From Rhodosorus marinus CCMP1338 (lineage: Eukaryota > Plantae > Rhodophyta), in contig JAMWBK010000012.1 of the NCBI GenBank assembly GCA_029953675.1, positions 310,001 through 374,000 of the forward strand: DNA of 64,000 nt, read 5' to 3'. Each line of letters begins with the position of its first letter. Position 1 is the first letter of the stretch. A program made the translations under genes and the position numbers. Positions 22,960 to 34,316 of the stretch are shown one piece after another. A model generated the notes under the pieces. That model did no database searches and was not told the DNA's origin. It saw only the letters and a list, made by a program, of their open reading frames with translations.

Positions 22960-23160
22960 GGTGCATTGTAACGGGAAAATTGCTTTTCATGTCAAGGGCA
23001 TACAGCTTCCCGGTTCCGGGGTGCCAAGTGAATATGTCAGGGCGCAGCCACTCCAAGCTTGACTTTTCTTGATGCACAAAGCTTTCCACAATGAACGGCT
23101 GGAACCTGGTAGACCGGCCCTCTTCCCGGACAAGGCTGGTAGGGTGTGCAGGAAGAAAAT
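22960..23160 (-). mobile_element. Degenerate family B-related fragment
   Basis: EEGRSTRFQPFIVESFVHQEKSSLEWLR. Confidence 0.7.
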
Positions 23161-23559
23161 TGCTCACCCCGGGGACGGAGAATATAGTCTTTACAACAGA
23201 AGGTGCATGAACATACAATGTATTCCCGTATCTGAATCTTTTATTACCTGTCTTGGAGTATCCCTCAGTAGTATGCTAGCAAATTTGACTTATATAGGTC
23301 TCACAGGGTTTCCTCCAAACCCTTCTGGGTCTCCTCAGGTTCAGCACGCATACGTCTCGCCTCGACACGTCTGTTTCTCTCCAGGATCCGCAGGTTTCAT
23401 AGATTAGGTCAACACGTTTCAAGGACATATGCTAGGATGTCAACTCTGGCAGTAACCGCAGCAAGTCTTGGTTGGTTACGTCGGCCATATCACTTAGTTG
23501 ACGCACCGTGGTCGATGTCCAGCTCGACCAGATCATTAGGTGGGCAATTTTTCGCATTA

Positions 23560-23780
23560 CCCCACGCTCGGTAGGATATAAAGCTTTCCTCGAATCGGGA
23601 GGTGGAATTGTTAACAGTTTACATACATTCGGTTACAGTCGAATACTGCCCTGGTACTTGAAGGTTTTGTATTCCAGAAGCGTTCTGGTAAAAGCCCAGT
23701 TCTAGGACAACCATTGGTCGATCCAGGACACGAGTAACCTATGAAGATCCCCTTAATTGACTAAGCTTAGGGAGAGCGGT
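23560..23780 (-). pseudogene. Possible copia post-integrase remnant
   Basis: KGIFIGYS...RFWN...STRAVFD loosely matches the GIFLGY..YR.W..SRDV.FD pattern. Confidence 0.3.
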
Positions 23781-23792
23781 CTGACGTGATGT

Positions 23793-25600
23793 TACTGGTT
23801 TTTACTGGCTTTAGTGGCTTTATTGGCTTTATTGGCATAGCCTACAGCGCTACGCAAACCGTTAAAAGGAACTAAGAACTAGGTAGGGAAGCGTGCAAAC
23901 CCAGGCGCCGACGCCGCGCCTCGGCAAGCATGCTGCTCGAATATCGCCACCTAAGCGCCGCAAAAGTTCCAAGCGTTCAACAGGATGCTCAGTGAAACAT
24001 TTCCGCAACCACTCCAAACCCGGTTTCTCCACGTGACCAAAGGTTTCCACAATGCAAGGCTGGAACCGGTGGGAGCGACCCACAGTGCGAGGCAGGCTGG
24101 CCATACTCTCAGCATGCCGTCGTTCTTTCACGCGGCGAAGGGCCGAAGCAGCTGCTCCCCGGCGACGGGCGGCAGCCGTGAGATGGGCGCTTGCCACAGG
24201 GCATGTAATCGCGAGGTCAACATATGCTGAGTGCTGAGCGTCTGGCGGCAGCATCGGAGACCAGGAGATCTGCGATACAGCGGAGCGGTGCCCTATCCGA
24301 GACCGGTCTGGGTAGTTCCGATTCCACCTCAACCGTACGCCCTACCCGAGTCAGACATTCGCTGAGAATGTACTTGAAGCGAGTGTGACGCCTCGTACGA
24401 CGACCTCTCAACAGTCCGCATGAACCTAAGAAATGGTAACCACAAACATCGATCCGACTCTCACACCCCTGACAGAAAGACGGCCGATTAGAGTGCCACG
24501 GAGCTTGTGGCAAACCCAGGTAAATCCGCTACCACTTCCTGGGTTCCTGCGGACTGTTGCGAGGTCTCCGTACGAGGCGTTACACTCGCCTCAAGTACAT
24601 CCTCAGCGAATTTTTGACTCGGGTAGGGCATACGGTTGAGGTTGAGTCGGAACTGCCCAGATCAATCTCGGACTCTGCACCGCCCCGTTGTATAGCCGAT
24701 CTCCTCGTCTCCGACGCTGCTGCCAGACGCTCAACATATGTGGACCTTGCGATTACCTGCCCCGTGGCCAGCGCCCACCTCACCGCAGCCGTCCGCCGCC
24801 GGGGGGCCGCGGCTTCAGCCCTTCGAAGAGTTAAGGAACGACGGTATGCTGAGAGCATGGCCAGTCTGCCTTGCGCTGAGGGTCGCTCTCACCGGTTCCA
24901 GCCATTCATTGTGGAAAGCTTTGGTCACGTGGATAAGTCGGGTTTAGAGTGGTTGCGGAAATGTTTTGCTGAGCATCCTACTGAATATTTGGCGCTCTTG
25001 AGGCATTTAAGTGTCTCCCTTTGGCGATATTCCAGCGATATGCTTTCCGAGGCGCGCCATCGGCGCCTGGGGTTTCATGCTTCCCTCCCTAGTTATTAGT
25101 TCATCTTCACGCCTTGCGTAGCGCTTCAGGCTATGCTAGTAAAGTCCAGGTAAATCCGTACGGCAGAGCGAAACTGGAAGGGATCCAGACGGTGACCCAA
25201 TGATGACGGCAGGGTCGTTAACCACAAACGTGAAAGATGGCCTCCCATGCCGCGGAGGCGAGCGGCGGTGGTAGGCGGTGTGAGTGGACAGTTGAGCAAG
25301 ATTGCGTGAGCGGCACTGTGTTGGCCCCAGGTGAGGTTATGTTGTATCACATCAGTACGGGAGCTCCACAATCGGCTCAGATCCGGGTAAGCGGCAACCG
25401 GTGACCCGGGGCTAGCTTCCCCCTCGTCGGCGAGTACTCTGTCGACGGGAGAGTCCTCGAGCGCCTCAGTTCGTCCCCATAACAGCTGCTTCCAGGAGCG
25501 AAATCTGAATCGGCTCTCGTCCGGCACGGCGTTGCACTTGCTGAATGCCTGTTGCAGAGCATCATAGATACTCGAAAGCCGCGGCGGAAGGGTCACACCC
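23793..25600 (-). mobile_element. Family B (B2) copy interrupted by a B1 insertion
   Basis: B2 3' part 23793-24528 with GCCAATAAA tail continues at 25146-25600 (ORF 25126-25641). Confidence 0.88.
24529..25148 (+). mobile_element. Family B (B1) 3' fragment inserted antisense into B2
   Basis: ORF 24557-25099; TSD CCAGGTAAATCCG at 24516-24528 and 25146-25158. Confidence 0.9.
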
Positions 25601-25712
25601 ATCCTCAACTCAAACGTTTGCAGGCAATATGGGCTTTCCAATTTATAACCTTTGATGGGCTAGGGTACCTCGCTCTCAGCGACAGAGAGCAGGGGCTATG
25701 GAAAAGCTGAAA

Positions 25713-26909
25713 CTACTTATCAACACAATCGCACATCCCGGGTCCAGACGACCCCCCAACTACAGCATTCTCGCAGGAGTTGTCCTCCCGATATTGATCG
25801 ATTGTCTTACACTGACTAATGTCAATGCACTGGTCTTTGGACAAGTCACAACAAGCACATTCACCGGAGGCGAGACGATATCCCTGCAAGTAGGATTCAC
25901 GTGATCGGAAGGTAAGTCTTCAGGTTTGTAAGTTCGAAATGATGAGGTGGGTATGGGAGAGTGTATTAAACAGGGCCGTACCACTTCGACGCCTGTGTTC
26001 TTTGAACATAGATCCTGAGTACCCGCACACACAGGAAATGCCGTATCTGGAACGCCTGGGAGGGAATTGATAATACATCTATCCCGTGCACTACATGTGC
26101 ACGTGCACAGACCCGTGTCGCTCTCAAGGAACTGCGAAAGTAAATAAAGAAGGAGAGCACAGTTAAAACCACTCTGGAAACAGTTCCTGGTCTACGAGTT
26201 GCACAGCGGAATATGCAAGTATCCTCACCGAAACCTCGTTGCTACACACGATATCCGAGAATTTGTCTCTAGAGACACAAAGAGGGTCGGCACTAGGGTC
26301 CGGCTGGAACGAACACTGCGTGAAGGTATCACAGCTACATTGAATTGGCACCTTGCATACTGTGACGTCGGATCCTTGGGCGACTCCGTTCGTGCAGACC
26401 TCTCCATCGGCAACTGGTTCAGCCTTGACATTTCTCGAATCTCCATTCTTGATGATGGCGTTGGTCACTAAATAGAGACGGGAGTCTCCGCAACATCCGC
26501 GATCATCCGCTGCAATCTCATCTTGACATATGACCATGCTTAACCTTTGTACAAGAGTGTCAGCAGGAAGACCCTTCTTCTGCAGGTGCTTAGCCACATT
26601 CCTTCGGTTGCGGTATTTCACTGGTGCAGAAATGAGCTCTCGCGTCCCAAAGAGACCCGCCCTGATACTCACCAGGCCAGCCGAATCGCGTGCCGTGAAG
26701 GTTAACCTCACACACATGGGATCCCTGTCGGGTTGGGCCCGAATACCAACGGTAACGACTGTCCTGCCCTCAAACCCGAGTCTCAAAGTGCTTTCATCTA
26801 CGACCTCTATGAGTCGACCCGAGTCCTTAGCCGCATCAAGACATGTCTGAGCCTTCACGGATACCGTGATAAGCATCAAGATCCCAGAAAAACACAAGTA
26901 TGTCCTCAT
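25713..26909 (-). CDS. Secreted Cys-rich modular protein, paralogue 1 (3 exons: 26909-26229, 26131-25982, 25883-25713)
   Basis: MRTYLCFSGILMLITVSVKA signal; shared head domain (C.R.TF..LVSIRAGLF..KYRNRR..IC..CCG); 97/98-bp phase-0 GT-AG introns; modules TGLCTCTC and SGECACC. Confidence 0.78.
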
Positions 26910-27817
26910 CTTCTTTAATAACAACAAAACAACGAAAGGGCCTGGCCAAGTACACGGATGACCACCGCTGGAGAGCAATACAACCTCGCTTTTACCAAGA
27001 ACAGAACGACCAGGAAGTACGCAACAGATAACCACCCACACCTCTTCCACCAACCTTTCTTCCTCCCCATACGATCAACTGACTCGCTACTTAGATGAGT
27101 TATGTAATGAGAAACGGCGACTGATTAAGGGAGAAAGTACGCCAGTCTTGAGCGGTGATAGGAGACCGGCCTATGCAATTGATCGTCAAGTGCGTGAGGG
27201 GCTTAAGCAAGACGATAGTGGGTTGGGATATCTTTGGAGTCGTTCACGTTCACTTGGGACGACAAATAAGGAAGAGTAATGCGATGTGAGTGTTCAATTC
27301 AAACGCACACTTTGGGCAGGAAACGGAGAGCTCGCACTAGGTTTTCTGCGGGTGGATCAAGCCTAAACATATGGAGGTTTCTATAAAAACGTTTAGAGAA
27401 AAGTAAACACACACATTTGATACAACGGCGGAAAATACGAGCGGGTGCTCGCTCACATCTGAAAGAGCTTCCAAAAGAAGAAGCGTTGGAAAACGATGCG
27501 GATATATCAGACTCTTGCCTTAAACATTTTTCATTCAGAAAACAGTCTTTCCGCCCTTTTACCGATGAGATGATAAAAAACTCTCAAATAGATACAGATT
27601 TCAGATATTGTCTTCACTATCTCAATTCATATATAATTTAGTGGCTAGCCAGTCTCTTTTTTGTAAAAGAGATAAGTTTCGAAGGATCTCGTTCGGATGG
27701 TTAAAAATATCGACTAAACCAAATCTATCCGACGTTGTAAAGGAGAAACGGTTTTTCCTTTTGCGGTTGGTCGGCTTTGTGCTGGCCGTGCCACATAATT
27801 CGTTTTACGATAGTATT

Positions 27818-28573
27818 CGAACGAATGGTTTAATCGGAGGCTGAAAAAAAAACCCCGAGGGGAAAAAAAGACTAAGCGCGGCGCAGTACTCGCGCCTCCA
27901 ACATCAAAGCGGCATTCATGCGCCACAGCAGGAAACTTAAGCGGGTAAACAACGATTGAAGACGGTCAGGGCGTTCGCGTAACAACTCCCGAAGCCAGCG
28001 AGAACCAACAGAGTCCATGAACCCAAAGCACTCAATGATCAGGGGTACCAAGCGATGTGCTAGTGCCGAAGCACGAACACCAGGGGAAGACAAAGCCCCC
28101 GCGTATTTGATCTCTTTGCGGCGTCTCATGCTGGCGGCGGCAGATCCACGGCGCTCCCCCGCAGCCGGGAGATAACGACTAGCTTGAGGGTTAGGAACAG
28201 CAAGATCAACGTATGTGGTACGGCGGCTGTCGTCACAGGTGATCACCAGGTCGGCTACACGGCGTTCATCATTTTGAAAGTCCGCGACGGGTAAAGGTTT
28301 CTCACGTTCGATTTCCAGACCGGCTTGCCGGACTATAGGCCGAAGTTCCCGGTATAACAGGTTCAAGATCCGTGTGTGGCGGCGGGTTCGAGCACCTTTC
28401 ACCGCCGGGCAACTAGCGAGCAGGTGGGCGCCAAAATCTGCGTTGTCTTAAGTCTGAGAGCAGAGAGGGCACGACGAACCCATCTCGTACGGCCAAGGGG
28501 GCTGATGTAAGCCGAGGTATAAGCGCAGTGAAGTACGCACTTCGAAATCCGACAGTGTGAGTGGCGGAAAGGC
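27818..28573 (-). mobile_element. Young family A 3' fragment
   Basis: ORF 27872-28402; TTCG tail. Confidence 0.92.
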
Positions 28574-28574
28574 C

Positions 28575-29343
28575 GTATACAACAACGAGCACAGACTGTC
28601 GGGGCTGTCGCCGAACACCCCCCCAGCCAACGAGAACGGAATCCATTCGATGTCTGGGGAAGACGGTCAGGTAAGACCAGGTCCAACGTTTGTTTGAGCT
28701 CCCGGTCAGAATTCTTAATAACATCGCCTAAACCAGGTCCTGGTTTAGTGCGAAAAAACGGCTCGCCAGCCAGCCAGGTTTGGGTGGAGGTCGGCAGGGA
28801 GACTGGTACAAGATGACATCGCCGATTGGAGCTCGAGAAACAAACCACTAGCACTTTCAGAGATACTAGAGTGTAGATTATCACTGGAAAGACTGACCTC
28901 CAAATTTCGGAAACTGGACACACTCGACGCGCTCAGCGTCGGGAGAGCGGTGCCCCGTTCCAATACCCGACCACGGCCGGTGGTCGGATAACAGCTCGGT
29001 TACAGAGGCCCAAACCACCCAGACATAGAGGGAGGCCCACTTGGGCACGAGCGATATCACGGGTGGGGTGCGGAAGATGACCCAACTCCTCATCTAAGAA
29101 ATATCCCAGCTCACCAAAGCTCTCATCGTGGGCACGGGTTGCTAGCCACCGACCTCAATGAGTGCGGAGCGAGAAGAACCAATTGGTGAGTCGCAGACTG
29201 CAACAATGTCGATAAAGTACCAACGAACATTGCAAGTAGTCACGAGGCAGCCGACGGAGCTCCGAGACCAGCTGCCGGTTCTTACGCAGAACCAGCAACA
29301 ACTCACCCTCCACGAGCGACGCAGACCCACAGGGGATGCCCAG
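28575..29343 (-). mobile_element. Old degenerate family A internal fragment
   Basis: Broken ORFs 28745-28963 and 29155-29385 (LGIPCGSASLVEGELL). Confidence 0.8.
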
Positions 29344-29784
29344 CCACAGAAAGTTGAGGTTGTTATTGACTACACAAAGCGTCAAGCATTCAGCCTGCAG
29401 CTCGCAATAGATGGACAGCTATAATACTCAGGTTGGATAAGGAAAAGAGGCAGTTCGGGGTGCAGGCTTTGGAACCCCCTTTGGGACAAGAAGATTTCGA
29501 ATCGAAAATTTCGGATGGCCTGGGGGAACTTCACATCTGTAATCTTCTATCTGAAAATCTGTCTATCAGAAATTTTCGATGGCGGATACAAGAAGATTTC
29601 AGATGGCTTCCCAGGCCATCCGAAATTTTCGATTCGAAATCGTGTTGTCCCAAAGGGGGTTCAATAGGCTGCACCCCGAACTGCCTCTTTTCCTTATCCA
29701 ACCTGAGTATTATCCATCTATCGCGTAGCTGCAGGCTGAATCTTGACGCTTTGTGTAGTCAATAACAACCTCAACTTTCGGTGG
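29344..29784. mobile_element. Fold-back / MITE-like element with about 180-bp imperfect inverted arms
   Basis: 29344-29524 is the reverse complement of 29610-29784 apart from a few substitutions and small indels (largest 6 nt); no TSD found. Confidence 0.7.
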
Positions 29785-29795
29785 TTTCAATGGCT

Positions 29796-31689
29796 GTGTC
29801 TCCCTTTGGCGATATTCCAGCGACATGCTTTCCGAGGCGCGCCATCGGCGCCTGGGGTTGCATACTTCCCTCCCTAGTTATTAGTTCATCTTCACGCCTT
29901 GCGTAGCGCTTCAGGCTATGCTAGTAAAGTCCTCACGCCTTGCGTAGCGCTTCAGGCTATGCTAGTCAAAGTCCAGTAAAATGTCGCTTTCTCCCCCCGA
30001 GGGACGTGTCGCTGAACTCTCTGCCACCCACTCTGCGACTAATCAGCGAACGTGAAGGGTTCGAACACCACGGCGTCGGATTGGGGACTGACAACTTTGT
30101 CCAAGCATCCTGCGAGCGAGTTTTAGCACGGCACAAGCAACTCACCGACGCCATTGAGCACCTACCCGACAGCATGCTGCAATCGGCCTGCTTGCTTTCC
30201 CGCTTTTGTGCCGGTCCCAGACTCAACTACTGGTTGCGCAGCCTGCCTCAAGCTTGGGGCTCGTGGATCGCGGCTAAAGCCGACGAAATGACCCTGCAAC
30301 ACTGGGGAACGCTCTTGGATGAGCCCCTCGATCTTGAAGCTGCTCCCGACAGGGACTTTATCCGTGCACAGATCGCTCTACCGTTGCGATTAGGGGGATT
30401 CGGCGTCGCAGACCGTGGGCTGGTATGCTCGCCAGCGGCGGTTGCCTCCTGGGCTACCGCGCTGCGAACGTTGGTGACCTTCCAGATGCGAAGTGCCTGC
30501 CTCTTGGCTCGAGCTTTGACCAACGAGGATCCAGTGACCCTGCCGCCCCCGCTTTTGACAATTTATGATGGTCTTCAACACGCGTTCAGGAGGTGCAACG
30601 CCGTGCCGGACGCAAATCGGTCCCGCTTTCGTTCCTGGAGGGAGCTGTTATGGGGACGAGCTGAAGCGATTGAGGATTCTCCCTCGACCGAGTTCTTGCC
30701 GATGACGGAGAGGCTAGCCCCGGGTCACCTGTTGCAGACTACCCGGATTTGAGCCGATTGTGGAGCTCCCGCACTGATGTGATTCAACATAGCCTCACCT
30801 GGGGCCAACACAGTGCCGTTCACACAGTCATGCTCAATTCTCCTCTCACGCCGCCTACCACTGCCGCTCGTCTCCGCGGCATGGGAGGCCACCTCTCGCA
30901 CTTGTGGTTAACCACTCTACCGTCGTCATTGAGTCATCGTCTCGATGCTTTCCAGTTCCGTTCTGCCGCACGGATCTATCTCGGTTTGCCACAGGCTCCG
31001 TGGCACTCTAATCGGCCGTCTTTCTGTCAGGGATGTGAGAGCCGGATTGACGCTTGTGGCTACCACTTCCTGGGTTCCTGCGGACTGTTGCGAGGTCTCC
31101 GTACGAGGCGTCACACTCGCCTCAAGTACATCCTCAGCGAATTTTTGACTCGGATAGGGCATACGGTTGAGGTTGAGTCGGAACTGCCCAGATCAATCTC
31201 GGACTCTGCACCGCCCCGTTGTATAGCCGATCTCCTCGTCTCCGACGCTGCTGCCAGACGCTCAACATATGTGGACCTTGCGATTACCTGCCCCGTGGCC
31301 AGCGCCCACCTCACCGCAGCCGCCCGCCGCCGGGGGGCCGCGGCTTCAGCCCTTCGAAGAGTTAAGGAACGACGGTATGCTGAGAGCATGGCCAGTCTGC
31401 CTTGCGCTGAGGGTCGCTCTCACCGGTTCCAGCCATTCATTGTGGAAAGCTTTGGTCACGTGGATAAGTCGGGTTTAGAGTGGTTGCGGAAATGTTTTGC
31501 TGAGCATCCTACTGAATATTTGGCGGTCTTGAGGCGTTTAAGTGTCTCCCTTTGGCGATATTCCAGCGACATGCTTTCCGAGGCGCGCCATCGGCGCCTG
31601 GGGTTGCATACTTCCCTCCCTAGTTATTAGTTCATCTTCACGCCTTGCGTAGCGCTTCAGGCTATGCTAGTAAAGTCCAGTAAAGTCCA
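29796..31689 (+). mobile_element. Composite family B insertion: two short 3' ends plus a 1.7-kb 3' half
   Basis: ORFs 29940-30752 and 30749-31630; whole composite flanked by GTTTCAATGGCT (29784-29795, 31690-31701). Confidence 0.9.
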
Positions 31690-31884
31690 GTTTCAATGGC
31701 TTTATTAGTGGTTTCAATACCCAAAAAACAATTATGACGGAAAACTGTTTGTGGAAACTCATGGTGAACTTTTGGAAAGTCAATATTGGAGTAGCCTCGC
31801 AAACGTTTCACTGACCATCCCATGAGTATCTTTCCTTCCCCCCCCCCGGGTCGGTTCAGTGTTGCTTTATGGAGATATTCTAGA

Positions 31885-32007
31885 AACGAACGAATGGTTT
31901 AATCGGAGGCTGAAAGAAAAAACCCCGAGGGGAAAAAAAGGCTAAGTGCGGCGAAGAACTCGCGCCTCCAACATCAAAGCGGCATTCATGCGCCACAGCA
32001 GGAAACT
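31885..32007 (-). mobile_element. Family A short 3' end
   Basis: 3' UTR plus TTCG tail; joined at ACT to a family B tail. Confidence 0.88.
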
Positions 32008-33190
32008 GGACTGGACTTTACTAGCATAGCCTGAAGCGCTACGCAAGGCGTGAAGATGAACTAATAACTAGGGAGGGAAGCATGCAACCCCAGGCGCCGA
32101 TGGCGCGCCTCGGAAAGCATGTCGCTGGAATATTGCCAAAGGGAGACACTTAAACGCCTAGCGCCAAATATTCAGTAGGATGCTCAGCAAAACATTTCCG
32201 CAACCACTCTAAACCCGACTTATCCACGTGACCAAAGCTTTCCACAATGAATGACTGGAACCGGTGAGAGCGACCCTCAGCGCAAGGCAGACTGGCCATG
32301 CTCTCAGCATACCGTCGTTCCTTAACTCTTCGAAGGGCTGAAGCCGCGGCGCCCCGGCGGCGGGCGGCTGCGGTGAGGTGGGCGCTGGCCACGGGGCAGG
32401 TAATCGCAAGGTCCACATATGTTGAGCGTCTGGCAGCAGCGTCGGAGACGAGGAGATCGGCTATACAACGGGGCGGTGCAGAGTCCGAGATTGATCTGGG
32501 CAGTTCCGACTCAACCTCAACCGTATGCCCTATCCGAGTCAAAAATTCGCTGAGGATGTACTTGAGGCGAGTGTGACGCCTCGTACGGAGACCTCGCAAC
32601 AGTCCGCAGGAACCCAGGAAGTGGTAGCCACAAGCGTCAATCCGGCTCTCACATCCCTGACAGAAAGACGGCCGATTAGAGTGCCACGGAGCCTGTGGCA
32701 AACCGAGATAGATCCGTGCGGCAGAACGGAACTGGAAAGCTTCGAGACGATGACTCAATGACGACGGTAGAGTGGTTAACCACAAGTGCGAGAGGTGGCC
32801 TCCCATGCCGCGGAGACGAGCGGCAGTGGTAGGCGGCGTGAGAGGAGAATTGAGCATGACTGTGTGAGCGGCACTGTGTTGGCCCCAGGTGAGGCTATGT
32901 TGAATCACATCAGTGCGGGAGCTCCACAATCGGCTCAAACCCGGGTAGTCTGCAACAGGGGACCCGGGGCTAGCCTCTCCGTCATCGGCAAGAACTCGGT
33001 CGAGGGGAGAATCCTCAATCGCTTCAGCTCGTCCCCATAACAGCTCCCTCCAGGAACGAAAGCGGGACCGATTTGCGTCCGGCACGGCGTTGCACCTCCT
33101 GAACGCGTGTTGAAGACCATCATAAATTGTCAAAAGCGGGGGCGGCAGGGTCACTGGATCCTCGTTGGTCAAAGCTCGAGCCAAGAGGCA
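32008..33190 (-). mobile_element. Family B (B1) 3' portion
   Basis: ORF 32150-33184, stem-loop and GTCCAGTCC tail. Confidence 0.92.
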
Positions 33191-33258
33191 AAATTAAATA
33201 TTCAGGCTTTATTACCCCCGTAGCGCTGGGGTAATAAAGCCTGAATATTTAATTTTGC
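33188..33258. repeat. Perfect 31-bp-arm inverted repeat with 9-nt loop
   Basis: GCAAAATTAAATATTCAGGCTTTATTACCCC-CGTAGCGCT-GGGGTAATAAAGCCTGAATATTTAATTTTGC. Confidence 0.95.
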
Positions 33259-33945
33259 ATCAGCCCCCTTGGCCGTACGAGATGGGTTCGTCGTGCCCTC
33301 CTGCTCTCAGACTGAAGACAACGCAGATTTTGGCGCCCACCTGCTCGCTAGTTGCCCGGCGGTGAAAGGTGCTCGAACCCGCCGCCATACACGGATCTTG
33401 AACCTGTTATACCGGGAACTTCGGCCTATAGTCCGGCAAGCCGGTCTGGAAATCGAACGTGAGAAACCTTTACCCGTCGCGGACTTTCAAAATCATGAAC
33501 GCCGTGTAGCCGACCTGGTGATCACCTGTGACGACAGCCGCCGTACCACATACGTTGATCTTTCTGTTCCTAACCCTCAAGCTAGTCGTTATCTCCCGGC
33601 TGCGGGGGAGCGCCGTGGATCTGCCGCCGCCAGCATGAGACGCCGCAAAGAGATCAAATACGCGGGGGCTTTGTCTTCCCCTGGTGTTCGTGCTTCGGTA
33701 CTAGCACATCGCTTGGTACCCCTGATCATTGAGTGCTTTGGGTTCATGGACTCTGTTGGTTCTCGCTGGCTTCGGGAGTTGTTCCGCGAACGCCCTGACC
33801 GTCTTCAATCGTTGTTTACCCGCTTAAGTTTCCTGCTGTGGCGCATGAATGCCGCTTTGATGTTGGAGGCGCGAGTACTTCGCCGCGCTTAGTCTTTTTT
33901 TCCCCTCGGGGTTGTTTTTTTCAGCCTTCGATTAAACCATTCGTT
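33258..33945 (+). mobile_element. Young family A 3' fragment
   Basis: ORF 33269-33892; candidate TSD CGTAGCGCTG at 33219-33228 and 33946-33955. Confidence 0.9.
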
Positions 33946-33955
33946 CGTAGCGCTG

Positions 33956-34230
33956 TAGGCTTTATTGGACTTGACTGTAGGCTTTATTAGCATAGCCTAC
34001 AGCGCTACGCAAACCGTTAAGAGGAACTAAGAACTCATATACAAACGGGCGCCTCGAATCCTCGGTCTCGGTTGGCGTTAACGACGGTGGCAGAAGAATT
34101 TCATCCGGTCTACTGTAACCATGCTCGCCAAGGCGCGCCACCGCCGCCTGGGATTATATTCTCTGCTTCCTAGTCCGTAGTTTCCTTTTACGTCTTGCGT
34201 AGCGCACCAGACTATGATTGTAAAACCAAT
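33956..34230. mobile_element. Family B-related 3' end remnants in both orientations
   Basis: Minus-strand B2 stem-loop and tail 33956-34035; diverged plus-strand end about 34110-34230. Confidence 0.65.
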
Positions 34231-34316
34231 GTAACTAGCAAGTGGATGACTCGAAATTTCCGGAAAGGTACTTGCATAATATTGCGCACAGTCCACACAG
34301 AGTTGCGTACAAACAG

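Noticed and set aside
26163-27053. ORF-track ends of the four Cys-rich paralogues (also 34915, 41009, 52565) as true termini
   Set aside because: They read through into introns; GT-AG sites give in-frame Cys-rich continuation, and the true starts are downstream ATGs with signal peptides.
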